A stretch of 64,000 nt of DNA, from NCBI GenBank assembly GCA_000092065.1, contig CP000585.1; one strand, written 5' to 3'. This DNA comes from Ostreococcus lucimarinus. Taxonomy: Eukaryota. The notes under the pieces were generated by a model. The model saw nothing but the letters and a program-made list of their open reading frames with translations. It did no database searches and had not been told where the DNA came from. The translations under genes and the position numbers were made by a program. Positions 20,847 to 30,086 of the stretch are shown piece after piece (within the stretch, counting starts at the first letter, position 1; each line of letters begins with the position of its first letter).

Positions 20847-21695
20847 ATGTCGACGCGCATCGCGCCGCGGTACGAGTTGTTTTTCAAAGATGTGAAGTGT
20901 CTCGAGACGGAACTGCGCGCGCTGCGTCGCCGAACGTCGTCGGCGACGACGCGCGTGAACGTGCCGAACAAGGATAAAAAAGACGATTTGATCGCGTGGA
21001 TCGACGCCGCGCGAACGCTGAGCGATGATGTCGATGTGGTGCCGCATTACTCGATGAAGAATCAGTACAGGAGGGACGCGAACCAAAGCGTCGAGGCGGT
21101 GAAGGCGTTCGCGGACGCGATGACGGCGCGGAACATCGATCGGTGCTTGTTGGTGAGTGGAAGTGGGAGTCGAAAGTGCGATAGCGTCGAGGTGCTGCGT
21201 CGGTTGGCGATGGATCGAGAGTGGAAAAGGCGGGCGTCGACTTTTCGATTCGACGTGGCGTATAATCCGCATTTTGACGAAGGAAGCGACGCGGCGGCGC
21301 GAGAGTTTGAACGGTTGGAGAAAAAAATGCGCGGAGGGCTCGTTCGTGGGGTTTGGTTTCAAATTGGAAGCGATGTGGAGAAGTTGGAGCGAGGTTTGGA
21401 GCGCGTCCGCGACTTGGCGCCGGATGCCGAAATTTACGGCTCGGTTTTTCTGCCTTCGAAGCAGCTTCTCGCGCGCATGAAATTCAGGCCGTGGGCTGGT
21501 GTTTTCTTGAGTGATGAATACTTGTCGAGCGTCGAACGCGCCGAAGAAATCACGATCGCTCAGATGGCGTGCCTGGTTCGGCATGGCGCGACGCCTTTCA
21601 TCGAGTCTCCGGTGACGAAAGACGAGGATTGGGCACAGTGTGAGCGCTTGCTGGCGGCGGCGGCGAAACGCGTCGACGAGAGCGGCAAACTTTAA
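20847..21695 (+). CDS. Hypothetical protein (possible TIM-barrel enzyme, unassigned)
   Basis: 282 aa from ATG 20847 (checked). Globular composition; no motif recognised with confidence. Confidence 0.4.
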   Translation: MSTRIAPRYELFFKDVKCLETELRALRRRTSSATTRVNVPNKDKKDDLIAWIDAARTLSDDVDVVPHYSMKNQYRRDANQSVEAVKAFADAMTARNIDRCLLVSGSGSRKCDSVEVLRRLAMDREWKRRASTFRFDVAYNPHFDEGSDAAAREFERLEKKMRGGLVRGVWFQIGSDVEKLERGLERVRDLAPDAEIYGSVFLPSKQLLARMKFRPWAGVFLSDEYLSSVERAEEITIAQMACLVRHGATPFIESPVTKDEDWAQCERLLAAAAKRVDESGKL

Positions 21696-21790
21696 GTGAT
21701 GGCGCGGTAGTGGGGGGGGTCATTAATATTCATTCTTCTAAATCAGTTGTAATTTTATTCATCAAAGCAATTCGTTTTGTTCGTCGTCCG

Positions 21791-23338
21791 TCACTCGCTC
21801 GCCGCGCTAAGAGAGCGCCAACTAGCGACGAGCAGTTTTTGCACGCACTGTAGCGCAGATTTGCGAACTTCGTCGTCTTCGTGCGACATCAATCGCATGC
21901 TATGTTCTTTACCCCCTAAATCATTCGCGAGGAATCGCCCGGCTGGATAGTGAACGGCAAATTCTCCGATGTCGTTGCACGCCACGGCGAGCGTCTTCGG
22001 ATCCATCGCCTCGCTACCGTCGATGAGTTTGATCAGCACGCGCAATATTTGACAGTTGTTATCCGTCAACTTTGTCGCGCACTCTCGCCAGAACCCTTCA
22101 TCCTTGTGCGCCGCGCTCCACTCCAAACTTCCGCTCATGACTTCGTCTCTGTATCTCTCCCAGCTGCTCGCCTCTTTGCGTCGAGCGCGCAAATCTTCGT
22201 CCAACTCAGCGAGCGTCGAAGCGAGCTCTTCGTCTTCGAACCCGCGAAGGGACAAGTTGTGCACGAGCTTGCGAAGGGACTCGTCCACGGCGGTGAAATT
22301 ATCACCCACAGCGTCGCCATCGACGCCATGCCGGTCGGTGATGTTCTTCAACGCCAAGATACACGCGCGAATGACTTTTTCCTTCGTCGCGGCGCCCGCG
22401 CACGACATCAAAGCCTTCACGCTCGCCGCACCTCGAGCGCACATTTCCCTCCGTCCTTCGGCGGAGAAACTCATCAACCAAAAACATAACGCCACCTCGT
22501 ACATCGTTTGCACGCTAAACCGATCGCTCGCTCGTAAAATCGGCGTCAACCCGTCCACAATCCCCTCGTTCGTCGCTAACGCCCGCGCCTCGGGCATGTC
22601 CAACACCCCCGCGAGCGCGGACGCCACCGACGGCACGACGTCGTCTCCGCGCTCCTCCACGCGCTCTCTCGCTCGCAGCTCCTTCCCGCACCACGACACG
22701 ATCGTCCGCACCGCGTGCGCCACGCTCTCCGCCTTCGCCCCTCCCCCCCCGTTCCTCGGCCGTCGACCTATCATCATCCTCAGCGTTCGACTCGCCGTCT
22801 CCTTGATGAACCGCGAGTTCGCGTCCTCCGGTCTCGCGAGCGTCTTCGCCAGCACTCGATACGCGTCCGCCTCCGCCGCGCCTCCGATCGCCGCCATCGT
22901 CTCGTCCTCGCACGTCTCCGGATCGTAATTCACGAACGCATCGACGCCGAGCCACTCGTCCTCCGCGCGGTCGTCGTCGTCCCTCGCGCCGTTCGTCCGC
23001 GTCGCCGCCTCCACCAGCGCCAGCACGTGCTCCGTCGCCGCCGTCGCGCCGACGTTCGACAGCGTCCCCAGCAGCGTCTCGCACACCGCCCGTCCGTGGT
23101 GTCGCATCGTCGCTCGCATCGTTTTCCTCGCCTCCATCGCGCGTCGCCGTCGTCCCTCGTCGTCGTCGTCGTCGTCGTCGTCGTCCATCGCGTCCCGCGC
23201 GACGTCCGCGATCTTCATCAACCGCGCGACGTCCTCCTCGCGAAGCAACCGACCGCGGACGAACGCGTCCCAGCGCGGGGCGTCGCGGAGTCGCGCCGCG
23301 CGCGTCCGCGCGCGCTCGGTGTCGCTCGCGCGCGACAT
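21791..23338 (-). CDS. V-type proton ATPase subunit H
   Basis: C-terminal domain aligns to V1 subunit H (LAVACNDIGEFAVHYPAGRFLANDLGGKEHSMRLMSHEDDEVRKSALQCVQKLLVASW vs human [58 protein letters not shown]). First true ATG is 23338 (the track start 23359 is TTG). Contains a poly-Asp run encoded by (GTC)n near 23160-23185. Confidence 0.85.
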   Translation of the reverse strand: MSRASDTERARTRAARLRDAPRWDAFVRGRLLREEDVARLMKIADVARDAMDDDDDDDDDEGRRRRAMEARKTMRATMRHHGRAVCETLLGTLSNVGATAATEHVLALVEAATRTNGARDDDDRAEDEWLGVDAFVNYDPETCEDETMAAIGGAAEADAYRVLAKTLARPEDANSRFIKETASRTLRMMIGRRPRNGGGGAKAESVAHAVRTIVSWCGKELRARERVEERGDDVVPSVASALAGVLDMPEARALATNEGIVDGLTPILRASDRFSVQTMYEVALCFWLMSFSAEGRREMCARGAASVKALMSCAGAATKEKVIRACILALKNITDRHGVDGDAVGDNFTAVDESLRKLVHNLSLRGFEDEELASTLAELDEDLRARRKEASSWERYRDEVMSGSLEWSAAHKDEGFWRECATKLTDNNCQILRVLIKLIDGSEAMDPKTLAVACNDIGEFAVHYPAGRFLANDLGGKEHSMRLMSHEDDEVRKSALQCVQKLLVASWRSLSAASE

Positions 23339-23376
23339 GCGGAGCGCGCGCGTCGTCAAATCACGACGCGCTTTCG

Positions 23377-23799
23377 ATGCCGATGCCGACGCTCGCGACG
23401 CGCGCGACGACGCCGGCGCGCGTCGCGAACCGCCGAGACGCGCCGATCGCGCGCGCGTTCGGCGACGCTCGCTTTTGGCGGTCGGACGCGCAGAAGATGA
23501 ACGCGCTGCGGCACGAGCTCGAGACGCAGCGGGCGGAGACGCTGCGGTTGCATCGCGAGCGACGCATCGCGGACGACGCGCGCGCGGTCGCGGAGGAGCG
23601 ATGCGCGATGTACGAGACGCGGTGCGAGCGGCAAGAGCGAGAGATCTTCGCGCTCGAGCGACAGTTGGAGGAGAAGACGAACGGGGTGGAGACGGCGATG
23701 ATGGTGGCGCGTCGACAGATCAAGTGGCAAGAAGAGCGCTACGAGGCGCTGGCGAAAGAAGCGGAGGCGCTGCGGGAAGCGATCGCTGCGGGTAAGTAA
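23377..23799 (+). CDS. Small coiled-coil protein (hypothetical)
   Basis: 140 aa with heptad-like charged repeats (ERQEREIFALERQLEEKTNG...). ATG 23377 lies 38 bp from the divergent V-ATPase H start; it could also start at the internal Met (23497). Confidence 0.35.
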   Translation: MPMPTLATRATTPARVANRRDAPIARAFGDARFWRSDAQKMNALRHELETQRAETLRLHRERRIADDARAVAEERCAMYETRCERQEREIFALERQLEEKTNGVETAMMVARRQIKWQEERYEALAKEAEALREAIAAGK

Positions 23800-23829
23800 A
23801 TTAAAAAATGTTGATCAAGCGCGCGGGAG

Positions 23830-26448
23830 CTAACGGGGCGAGGCGTCGTCGCCGTTGACGCGCGCGTTGGTGAGAACGTCGTCCTGACGAAGCGCGCCGA
23901 CGATGCAGCCTTGCTCGTCGACGACGGCGATTAAAGCGGCGGAGTCGCGAACGCACATCATGGCGACGTCGCCGACGGTGGTTTCGTCGAGCGAAAGACG
24001 CTCGGGGGCGGCGCTCATGACCTGACCGACGGTAATGTCGGTGCCGACGCAGCCGTCGGCCCGACGAAACGTGCCGACGGGGATGCCAGTTTCGTCGTCG
24101 ATGACGACGGCGTTGACGTTGGCGCCTAAAGACTCGAGCGCGTCGGCGACAGAGTCGCTGCGACGGACGATGTCGCCGCGGCGCATGCACTCGCCCACGT
24201 TTGGAAGCACGGATGCGATCGGTTCGCCCGGCGCGACGCCCTTCTTGAACAGGAGAGGCTCCACGGCGCCGACTTGCACGGCGTTGGCCCAACCGCCTCG
24301 CGGTGGAGGCGCCGGTGAGGCGCCGATGCCTTGCTCGTCGAATTCGTCGTACGACCACGCACCGTCGAGTAAGTCGAGCGCCTGCGTGACGCTCCACACG
24401 TCCGGCTTTTCCCATCGACAGAGCGAACCATTGTGATTTAACACGACGTCGTCGTCCAAGGGATCGAATTCTTGCGCGCCGTCGTCGTCCTCTTCATCGA
24501 ACGATTGCGCCGCGTTGTCGAAGTTGGCGTCACACTCGAGGACTTCCTGGACAAAGAGCGCGACGAGAACACCGGACGATCGGTCGCGAAATACCCTAGC
24601 CGCAGCCTCTTCGTTACCATTCTGAACGCGGAAAATCGCGGCGCGCGCACCCTCGACGTTGCCGGCCGCGGCGCACGCTTCGGCCTCAAACATGTCGCAC
24701 TCGGCTTTGATCTCGCCGCTCTTGTTCTTCCGCTGAAGCTTACTGCTCAGTTTTCGTACCCCTTGCTCGTCGCCGTTCGTCGCCAACAGTCGCATGGCGG
24801 AGAAGTACACGCTCGGACTGATGTACATCTTCTTCTCGTAGCCAAAGTCGAGCGCCGTCAAAGCGGTGTCGATGTCTCCGTACGCCACAAAGGCGTTCAC
24901 GAAGGCGCCGACGACGATGCCGTCTTGCTTCACACCCTTTGCTATGAAACGACTCCAAAGATCCTTCACCACATCGACGCCACCCGCGAATTCACCACCG
25001 ACAATGTCTCGAGCCGCCGCCGTCTCCGCCACCAACGTCGTCGTGTACGAAATTTCATTCGGATGCACGTTGGCGTCTTTGATCCTATCCATTCTTCGCA
25101 GCAACGCGCGGCACCAATCGGGGCGACCAGCCTTGGCGCACGCTGAGATGGTGATGTTGTACGTCACTCTGGTCGGCTCGACGCCAGCCTTGGACATTTC
25201 AGGAAGAATGTTCAAGCATCCCAACGCGTCCTGGCTTCGGGCGCACGCCTTGACGAGCGCGTTCCAAATATACTCGTCTTCGTTAAAGTTGTCGCCGCCG
25301 CGAACGCGTCCTTCCCACGTCGTGATGCGCTTCATAAACGTGCGCGTCCGTCGCACATCACCATTCGTCGCACACGCATCGAGCGCGGCGAAGAGCATGC
25401 GCGTCGTCGCCGTTCGTTTGGGGTGCCATTGCGTTCCCATGTCGTCGCGCTTTCCGTACTTTGGCACGTCGTCCTTTGACCATTTCCACGAACCTCGCAA
25501 GACGATGTTTCCGCGTTTACCTACGCCGAATTTCCCATCCTTCGGCCCGCGGCCCTTCTCCCACTGCTCTAGCAATCCGAGCGCCTCGGTGAGACGCCCC
25601 TGTCTGGCGTATCCCAGCATGAGCGCGCTGTACGCTGGCGCCCCCGCCCCGCACTCGGACACTCCGTCGAGCTTCATCAGGAGCTTGTACGCCGTATCTA
25701 GCTCGTTGCACTTCACGCACGCCCCGATCACCGCACCCATCGTGATCTTCCTCCCCTTCGGCGTGGTCGGTATCGCGGACATCTCCAGCAAATCAAACAC
25801 GGCGTCCAGTCGTCTCGCGTCGCCCAACTCTTTGATCTTCTTCGTCAGCAGTTTCCCGTACAGCGGCCTCAACCCGTACGTCACCTTACCCGAATCTCGA
25901 CTCTGACTCCCCACCGACTGAAAACCTTGCGGCTTCACGCTTCGAATCTCCTCGTCCAGCGCCGCCGCCCGCTCCGGCGTCCCCACGAACGCGTCGTTTT
26001 CCTCGTCGAACGGCGACGCCCACCCATCGTCCTCGATCTCGTGCGCCTCCACCATCGGATCCATCGTCCCCCCCGTCGCCGTGAGATGCTCCCACGCGTC
26101 GAACCCGCGCTCGACGCCACGTCCGCGTCGCCCTCCGCGTTCGCCGCGTCTCCCGCGCGTCGCCGTCCCGTCCCTCGCGTCGTCCCCTCCCTCGTCCCTT
26201 CCCCGCTCGCCCCACGCCGCCGCGCGCGCCCGTTCGCCTCGCCGCGCGTTTCCCGCGTCACCCGCCGTCGTCGCTCGCGCGATTCCGCGCGTTCGCGTCC
26301 TCGCGCGCGCGCCCGCGTCCTCGTCCCGCGCGCGCGTCGCCATCGCGCGCGCATCCATCGCGCGTCGCCATCGCGCGCGCGCGCGTCCGATCGCGTCGCC
26401 GCGCGTCGACGCCGACGTCGACGGCGTCGACGCGATCGTCGCCCGCAT
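23830..26448 (-). CDS. Pentatricopeptide-repeat protein with C-terminal CBS-domain pair, organelle-targeting N-terminus
   Basis: Repeated ~35-aa helical hairpins (VTYNITISACAKAGRPDWCRALLRRM, ISYTTTL...). Tandem CBS-like modules at the C-terminus (VGDVAMMCVRDSAALIAVVDEQGCIVGALRQDDV). ATG 26448 confirmed; the N-terminus is Arg/Ala-rich presequence-like. Confidence 0.6.
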   Translation of the reverse strand: MRATIASTPSTSASTRGDAIGRARARWRRAMDARAMATRARDEDAGARARTRTRGIARATTAGDAGNARRGERARAAAWGERGRDEGGDDARDGTATRGRRGERGGRRGRGVERGFDAWEHLTATGGTMDPMVEAHEIEDDGWASPFDEENDAFVGTPERAAALDEEIRSVKPQGFQSVGSQSRDSGKVTYGLRPLYGKLLTKKIKELGDARRLDAVFDLLEMSAIPTTPKGRKITMGAVIGACVKCNELDTAYKLLMKLDGVSECGAGAPAYSALMLGYARQGRLTEALGLLEQWEKGRGPKDGKFGVGKRGNIVLRGSWKWSKDDVPKYGKRDDMGTQWHPKRTATTRMLFAALDACATNGDVRRTRTFMKRITTWEGRVRGGDNFNEDEYIWNALVKACARSQDALGCLNILPEMSKAGVEPTRVTYNITISACAKAGRPDWCRALLRRMDRIKDANVHPNEISYTTTLVAETAAARDIVGGEFAGGVDVVKDLWSRFIAKGVKQDGIVVGAFVNAFVAYGDIDTALTALDFGYEKKMYISPSVYFSAMRLLATNGDEQGVRKLSSKLQRKNKSGEIKAECDMFEAEACAAAGNVEGARAAIFRVQNGNEEAAARVFRDRSSGVLVALFVQEVLECDANFDNAAQSFDEEDDDGAQEFDPLDDDVVLNHNGSLCRWEKPDVWSVTQALDLLDGAWSYDEFDEQGIGASPAPPPRGGWANAVQVGAVEPLLFKKGVAPGEPIASVLPNVGECMRRGDIVRRSDSVADALESLGANVNAVVIDDETGIPVGTFRRADGCVGTDITVGQVMSAAPERLSLDETTVGDVAMMCVRDSAALIAVVDEQGCIVGALRQDDVLTNARVNGDDASPR

Positions 26449-26683
26449 CGTCGCGCGCGCGCCGTCGCGCGCGCGCCGCCGTGCCGGCGACGTCGCGCCG
26501 CGCCGCGCATCTTATCCTGAGACGCTCGAGGCGACACACGGAACAGTCCGCGGTCGGTCTGTATGCGCAAACAGTGAGAGACTGATATATGACGCGGTCG
26601 GTCGGTATGGGTAAACAGTGTGCGTACGAATACCGACGGCCCGACCGCGCGCGCCGACCGCGCGCCCGGCAGAGCGCGACGCG

Positions 26684-28461
26684 ATGGCGCGCGACGACGA
26701 CGACGACGACGACGACCGGCGGTGGTACGCGCGGCTGGTGCCCATCGTCGATGAGTCCGCGCGCGTGAAACACGTCGATCGAGCGGCGCTGACGAAGACG
26801 GCGGACGGATGCGCGCGCGCGCGCGACGCGGCGACGGCGACGGCGCGCGACGGCGCGCTGCGACTGCGCACGCGAAGCGCGGTCCTCGGACGGATCGTCA
26901 TGAACAAGGAGGGCACGGCGCGGGCGAAGACGCAACCGGCGGATCTGGCGCTGGACGTCGCGAGCGGTGCGCGCGAGGCGAGGGCGAGGCGAGAGAGGGG
27001 GAGCGCGAGCGACGCGTTTGAAATTTGGATTCAAACGCGCGCGAGGACGAGGGGCGAAGGGTTCGGGCGCGAGCGAGCGGGCGATCGATGGCGCGGACGG
27101 ACGATCGAAAGATCGAGGGAATCGAACGCGCGGGGGACTGACGGACGCGCGCGCGTCGTGGAATCCAAATCGTAGTGAGCGCGAAGCACGCGGTGATTAC
27201 GTGCGAGGTGAAGGACGCGAAGGTGTCGCCGCCCGAGTTTGAGATTAAAATCATCGACTTGTCGCGAAATGGGGTGATGCTGAACGGCGAACGGATCAAT
27301 AAGGATGAGTATTACGAGCTCAAGGATGGGGACGCGGTGACGATGCCGTTTCATTTGGAGTATAGGTTTGAGCTGAATCCGGACGGAACGTTGCCGAGGG
27401 CGACGCGCGTGCCCGTGGACGAGACGCCGACGCCGCTGCAAAAGAAGCGCGCGTCGCCGGCGACGGCGGCGGTGGAGAACGGCGGCGGTGCGAAGAAACC
27501 GCGCGAGAGCTGCGATGATAACGAGGGACAAGGCCAGGCCATGCGCGAGTTGACGACGGAGAACGGAGAGTTGCGTCAACGCGTGGAGGCGCTCGAGAAG
27601 GAGCTCGAAGAGGCGCGACGCCGCGAAAAGGAGGCAGCGGCGCCGACCGAGGCGGCGGAGGGCGACAACGATGACGTACGCGCGGAAGCGCTTCGCGAAG
27701 CCGAGGAAAAAGTGAAACAAGCCGAAGCACGCGCGGAAAAGCTCAACGCTGAGCTCGAGGAGGCGCAGGCGGTGGTTGAAGGCGCGGCGAGCGCGACGAA
27801 GGAGATGGAAACCAAGCTCGCGGAGTTGCAATCGGCGCTCGACGCCGCCGAGACGAAGCGCGTGGAAGCCATCGCGAGTGTTCAAAAGGAATGCGCCGAG
27901 GAGATTGAAAATTTGAACGCCCGCGTCGCTCGAATCCAGTCGGTTCGCAAGGAGGAGCTTGAAGAAGCCGAAGCTCGCGTCAAGGCGTTCGCGTCATCGG
28001 CGCGAGAATCGCGCGATTTAGCAAAGCAACTCTTGGACAAACTCAACGAAAGCGTTCAATTGGTCGCGAGCGACGCGGACGCCGCTCACGGCGACGACGA
28101 CGAGATGACGCACGAGACGACGCCTCAAAGACGAGACGGCTCCGACGAAAAAGCCGCCGAGGACGCCGCCGAGGACGAACCCGCAAAGGACGACGACGAC
28201 GACATCAACGATAACGACGACGACGACGACATCAACGATAAAGACGACGATTCCCTCGAACAATTGGACGTCGACAACCACTTTTCCGACTCCATCTTAG
28301 CCGACGTCGAGTTCCCGCCGACGGAGAAGCCGACGCAAGTCGCCGCGCCTCTGCACGACATCGGCAACTCGCCGCGCACCGACCAACCGTCTCCGAGCAA
28401 GCGCGTCGGTCGCGATATCGACGACCGTTCGCCCCTTCCCGCGAGCGTCCTCGAGGACTGA
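26684..28461 (+). CDS. FHA-domain coiled-coil protein, 2 exons: join(26684..26966,27176..28461)
   Basis: Exon 2 opens inside an FHA fold (VSAKHAVITCEV...IIDLSRNGVMLNGERINKDEYYELKDGDAVTM) without an ATG. The upstream frame (MARDDDDDDDDRRWYARLVPI...AVLGRIV...LALDVAS) ends at G|GTGCGC (26967) and joins TAG|TG at 27175 in phase to give ...DVAS-V-SAKHAV. Long coiled coil and an acidic DDDDINDNDDDDD tail follow. Confidence 0.6.
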
Positions 28462-28548
28462 TCCGACGCATCGCCGACGTTCGCGCCTCGGCGCGCCGCA
28501 CCATGAATACATAACGACCGTTTCGTAACGACCGCCGCACTCTTTGAC

Positions 28549-30045
28549 ATGCGCGTCGCGCCCGCGCGCGATTTCACGCCCGCGCGTTCGACGACGACGA
28601 TGCGCGCGTCGCTCTCGCGCGCGATCGCTCGCGCCGTCCTCCGCGCGCCGTCGCGCGCGTCGCCGTCCCGGCGGCGTCCCGGCGCGTCCCGAGCGTTCGC
28701 GCGCGACGCCGACGACGCCTCGCGCGTCGCCGTCCTCGGCGGCGGCGCCGCCGGACTCACCGCCGCGTACTTCGCCGCGCGCGCGGGCGCGCGGGTCACG
28801 GTGTACGAACGAACGAGCGAGTGCGGGAAGAAGATTTTGATGTCTGGCGGCGCGCGGTGCAACGTGCTGCCGACGAGCGCGACGGCGAACGATTTCACCA
28901 CGGAGAGCGCGAATCGACGATTGAAGGCGGTGCTCGCGTCGTGGTCCGTCGAAAGATGTCGAGAGTGGCTGGAGACGGAGATTGGATTAGGGCTGGGGAT
29001 TGAGATCGCGTCGAATAAATACTTTCCGCTGAGCAACTCGTCGAGGGAGGTGCGGGATAGATTGGTCGCCGCGTGCGAGAAGGCGGGAGTGGAATTCAAG
29101 TACGAGACGAGCGTCGATGGGGTGGTGCGAGGAAGCGATGGGATGGGATGGACGCTTCGAGTGCGAGGGTCGGGAGACGAACGCGCGCGCGCGATCGTGC
29201 TCGCGATGGGAGGGCTGAGTTTTCCCGCCGTCGGAACGGATGGCACCGGGTACGCCATCGCGAGGCGGGATTTAGGACACGCGTTACACGAGCCGTATCC
29301 CGCGTTGGTGCCGCTGACGGGACCGCATCCGGGCGGCGAACCCTTACCAGGGGTCTCCGTCGAAGTCGAGCTGAAGGTAGCGGCGGCGAACGCCGACGGT
29401 GGCGGTGGGAAGAAGAAGGCGCAAGCGATTCGCAAGGGGTTTCTCTTCACGCATCGCGGGTATTCTGGACCGAGCGTTTTGGATCTGAGCCATCACCTGG
29501 TACGGCCGCTGGTGCGAGCGAACGAATCCAAAGGTGGAAGCTTACGAGACGAAGATTTTGACGCTCCGACGTCGTCGTCGCCGAGAATGGTGATTAATTG
29601 GAGCGGCATCAAACGAGAAGAGTGGCAAGAGCGCCTCACAGCGCCGCCGGGCCGAGCGCTCGTCGTCAGCCGACTACGCGAAGCGCTTCCGAGTCGCCTC
29701 GCCGACGCCCTCGTCGCTGAATCCGGCGTTGATTCGCGATGTAAAATTGCCGAACTGAAAAAGGACGATCGCGCGAAGCTTCTGCGCGTGTTGACTGAAT
29801 ACGAAATCGCGGTGAAAGGTCATCAAGGGTATCGCAAGGCTGAAGTCACGGGTGGCGGCGTAGCTTTGGATGAACTCGACACGGCGTCGATGGCGAGCTT
29901 GAAGGCGCCGGGAATTTATATGTGCGGTGAAGTTTGTGACGTGTTCGGCAGAATCGGTGGATTTAATTTTCTATGGGCGTGGTGTAGCGGTAGACTGGCA
30001 GGAATGAGTGCGGCGAAGGCCATTTCGAGCGCGGACGACGAGTGA
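28549..30045 (+). CDS. HI0933/BaiN-like FAD-dependent oxidoreductase (aminoacetone-oxidase family) with transit peptide
   Basis: VAVLGGGAAGLTAAYFAARAGARVTVYER dinucleotide-binding motif; SGGARCN; C-terminal GEVCDVFGRIGGFNFLWAWCSGRLAG. ATG 28549; the first ~60 residues are Arg/Ala/Ser-rich. Confidence 0.75.
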   Translation: MRVAPARDFTPARSTTTMRASLSRAIARAVLRAPSRASPSRRRPGASRAFARDADDASRVAVLGGGAAGLTAAYFAARAGARVTVYERTSECGKKILMSGGARCNVLPTSATANDFTTESANRRLKAVLASWSVERCREWLETEIGLGLGIEIASNKYFPLSNSSREVRDRLVAACEKAGVEFKYETSVDGVVRGSDGMGWTLRVRGSGDERARAIVLAMGGLSFPAVGTDGTGYAIARRDLGHALHEPYPALVPLTGPHPGGEPLPGVSVEVELKVAAANADGGGGKKKAQAIRKGFLFTHRGYSGPSVLDLSHHLVRPLVRANESKGGSLRDEDFDAPTSSSPRMVINWSGIKREEWQERLTAPPGRALVVSRLREALPSRLADALVAESGVDSRCKIAELKKDDRAKLLRVLTEYEIAVKGHQGYRKAEVTGGGVALDELDTASMASLKAPGIYMCGEVCDVFGRIGGFNFLWAWCSGRLAGMSAAKAISSADDE

Positions 30046-30086
30046 TGTAATGTAACATACATATGTGTTTACAAGTGTACAGCTTT

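Noticed and set aside
23377-23799. Calling the small coiled-coil ORF a confident gene
   Set aside because: Kept as low-confidence only. It is short, low-complexity (Arg/Glu/Ala), wedged between two well-supported minus-strand genes, and could be a 5'-UTR/antisense artefact.
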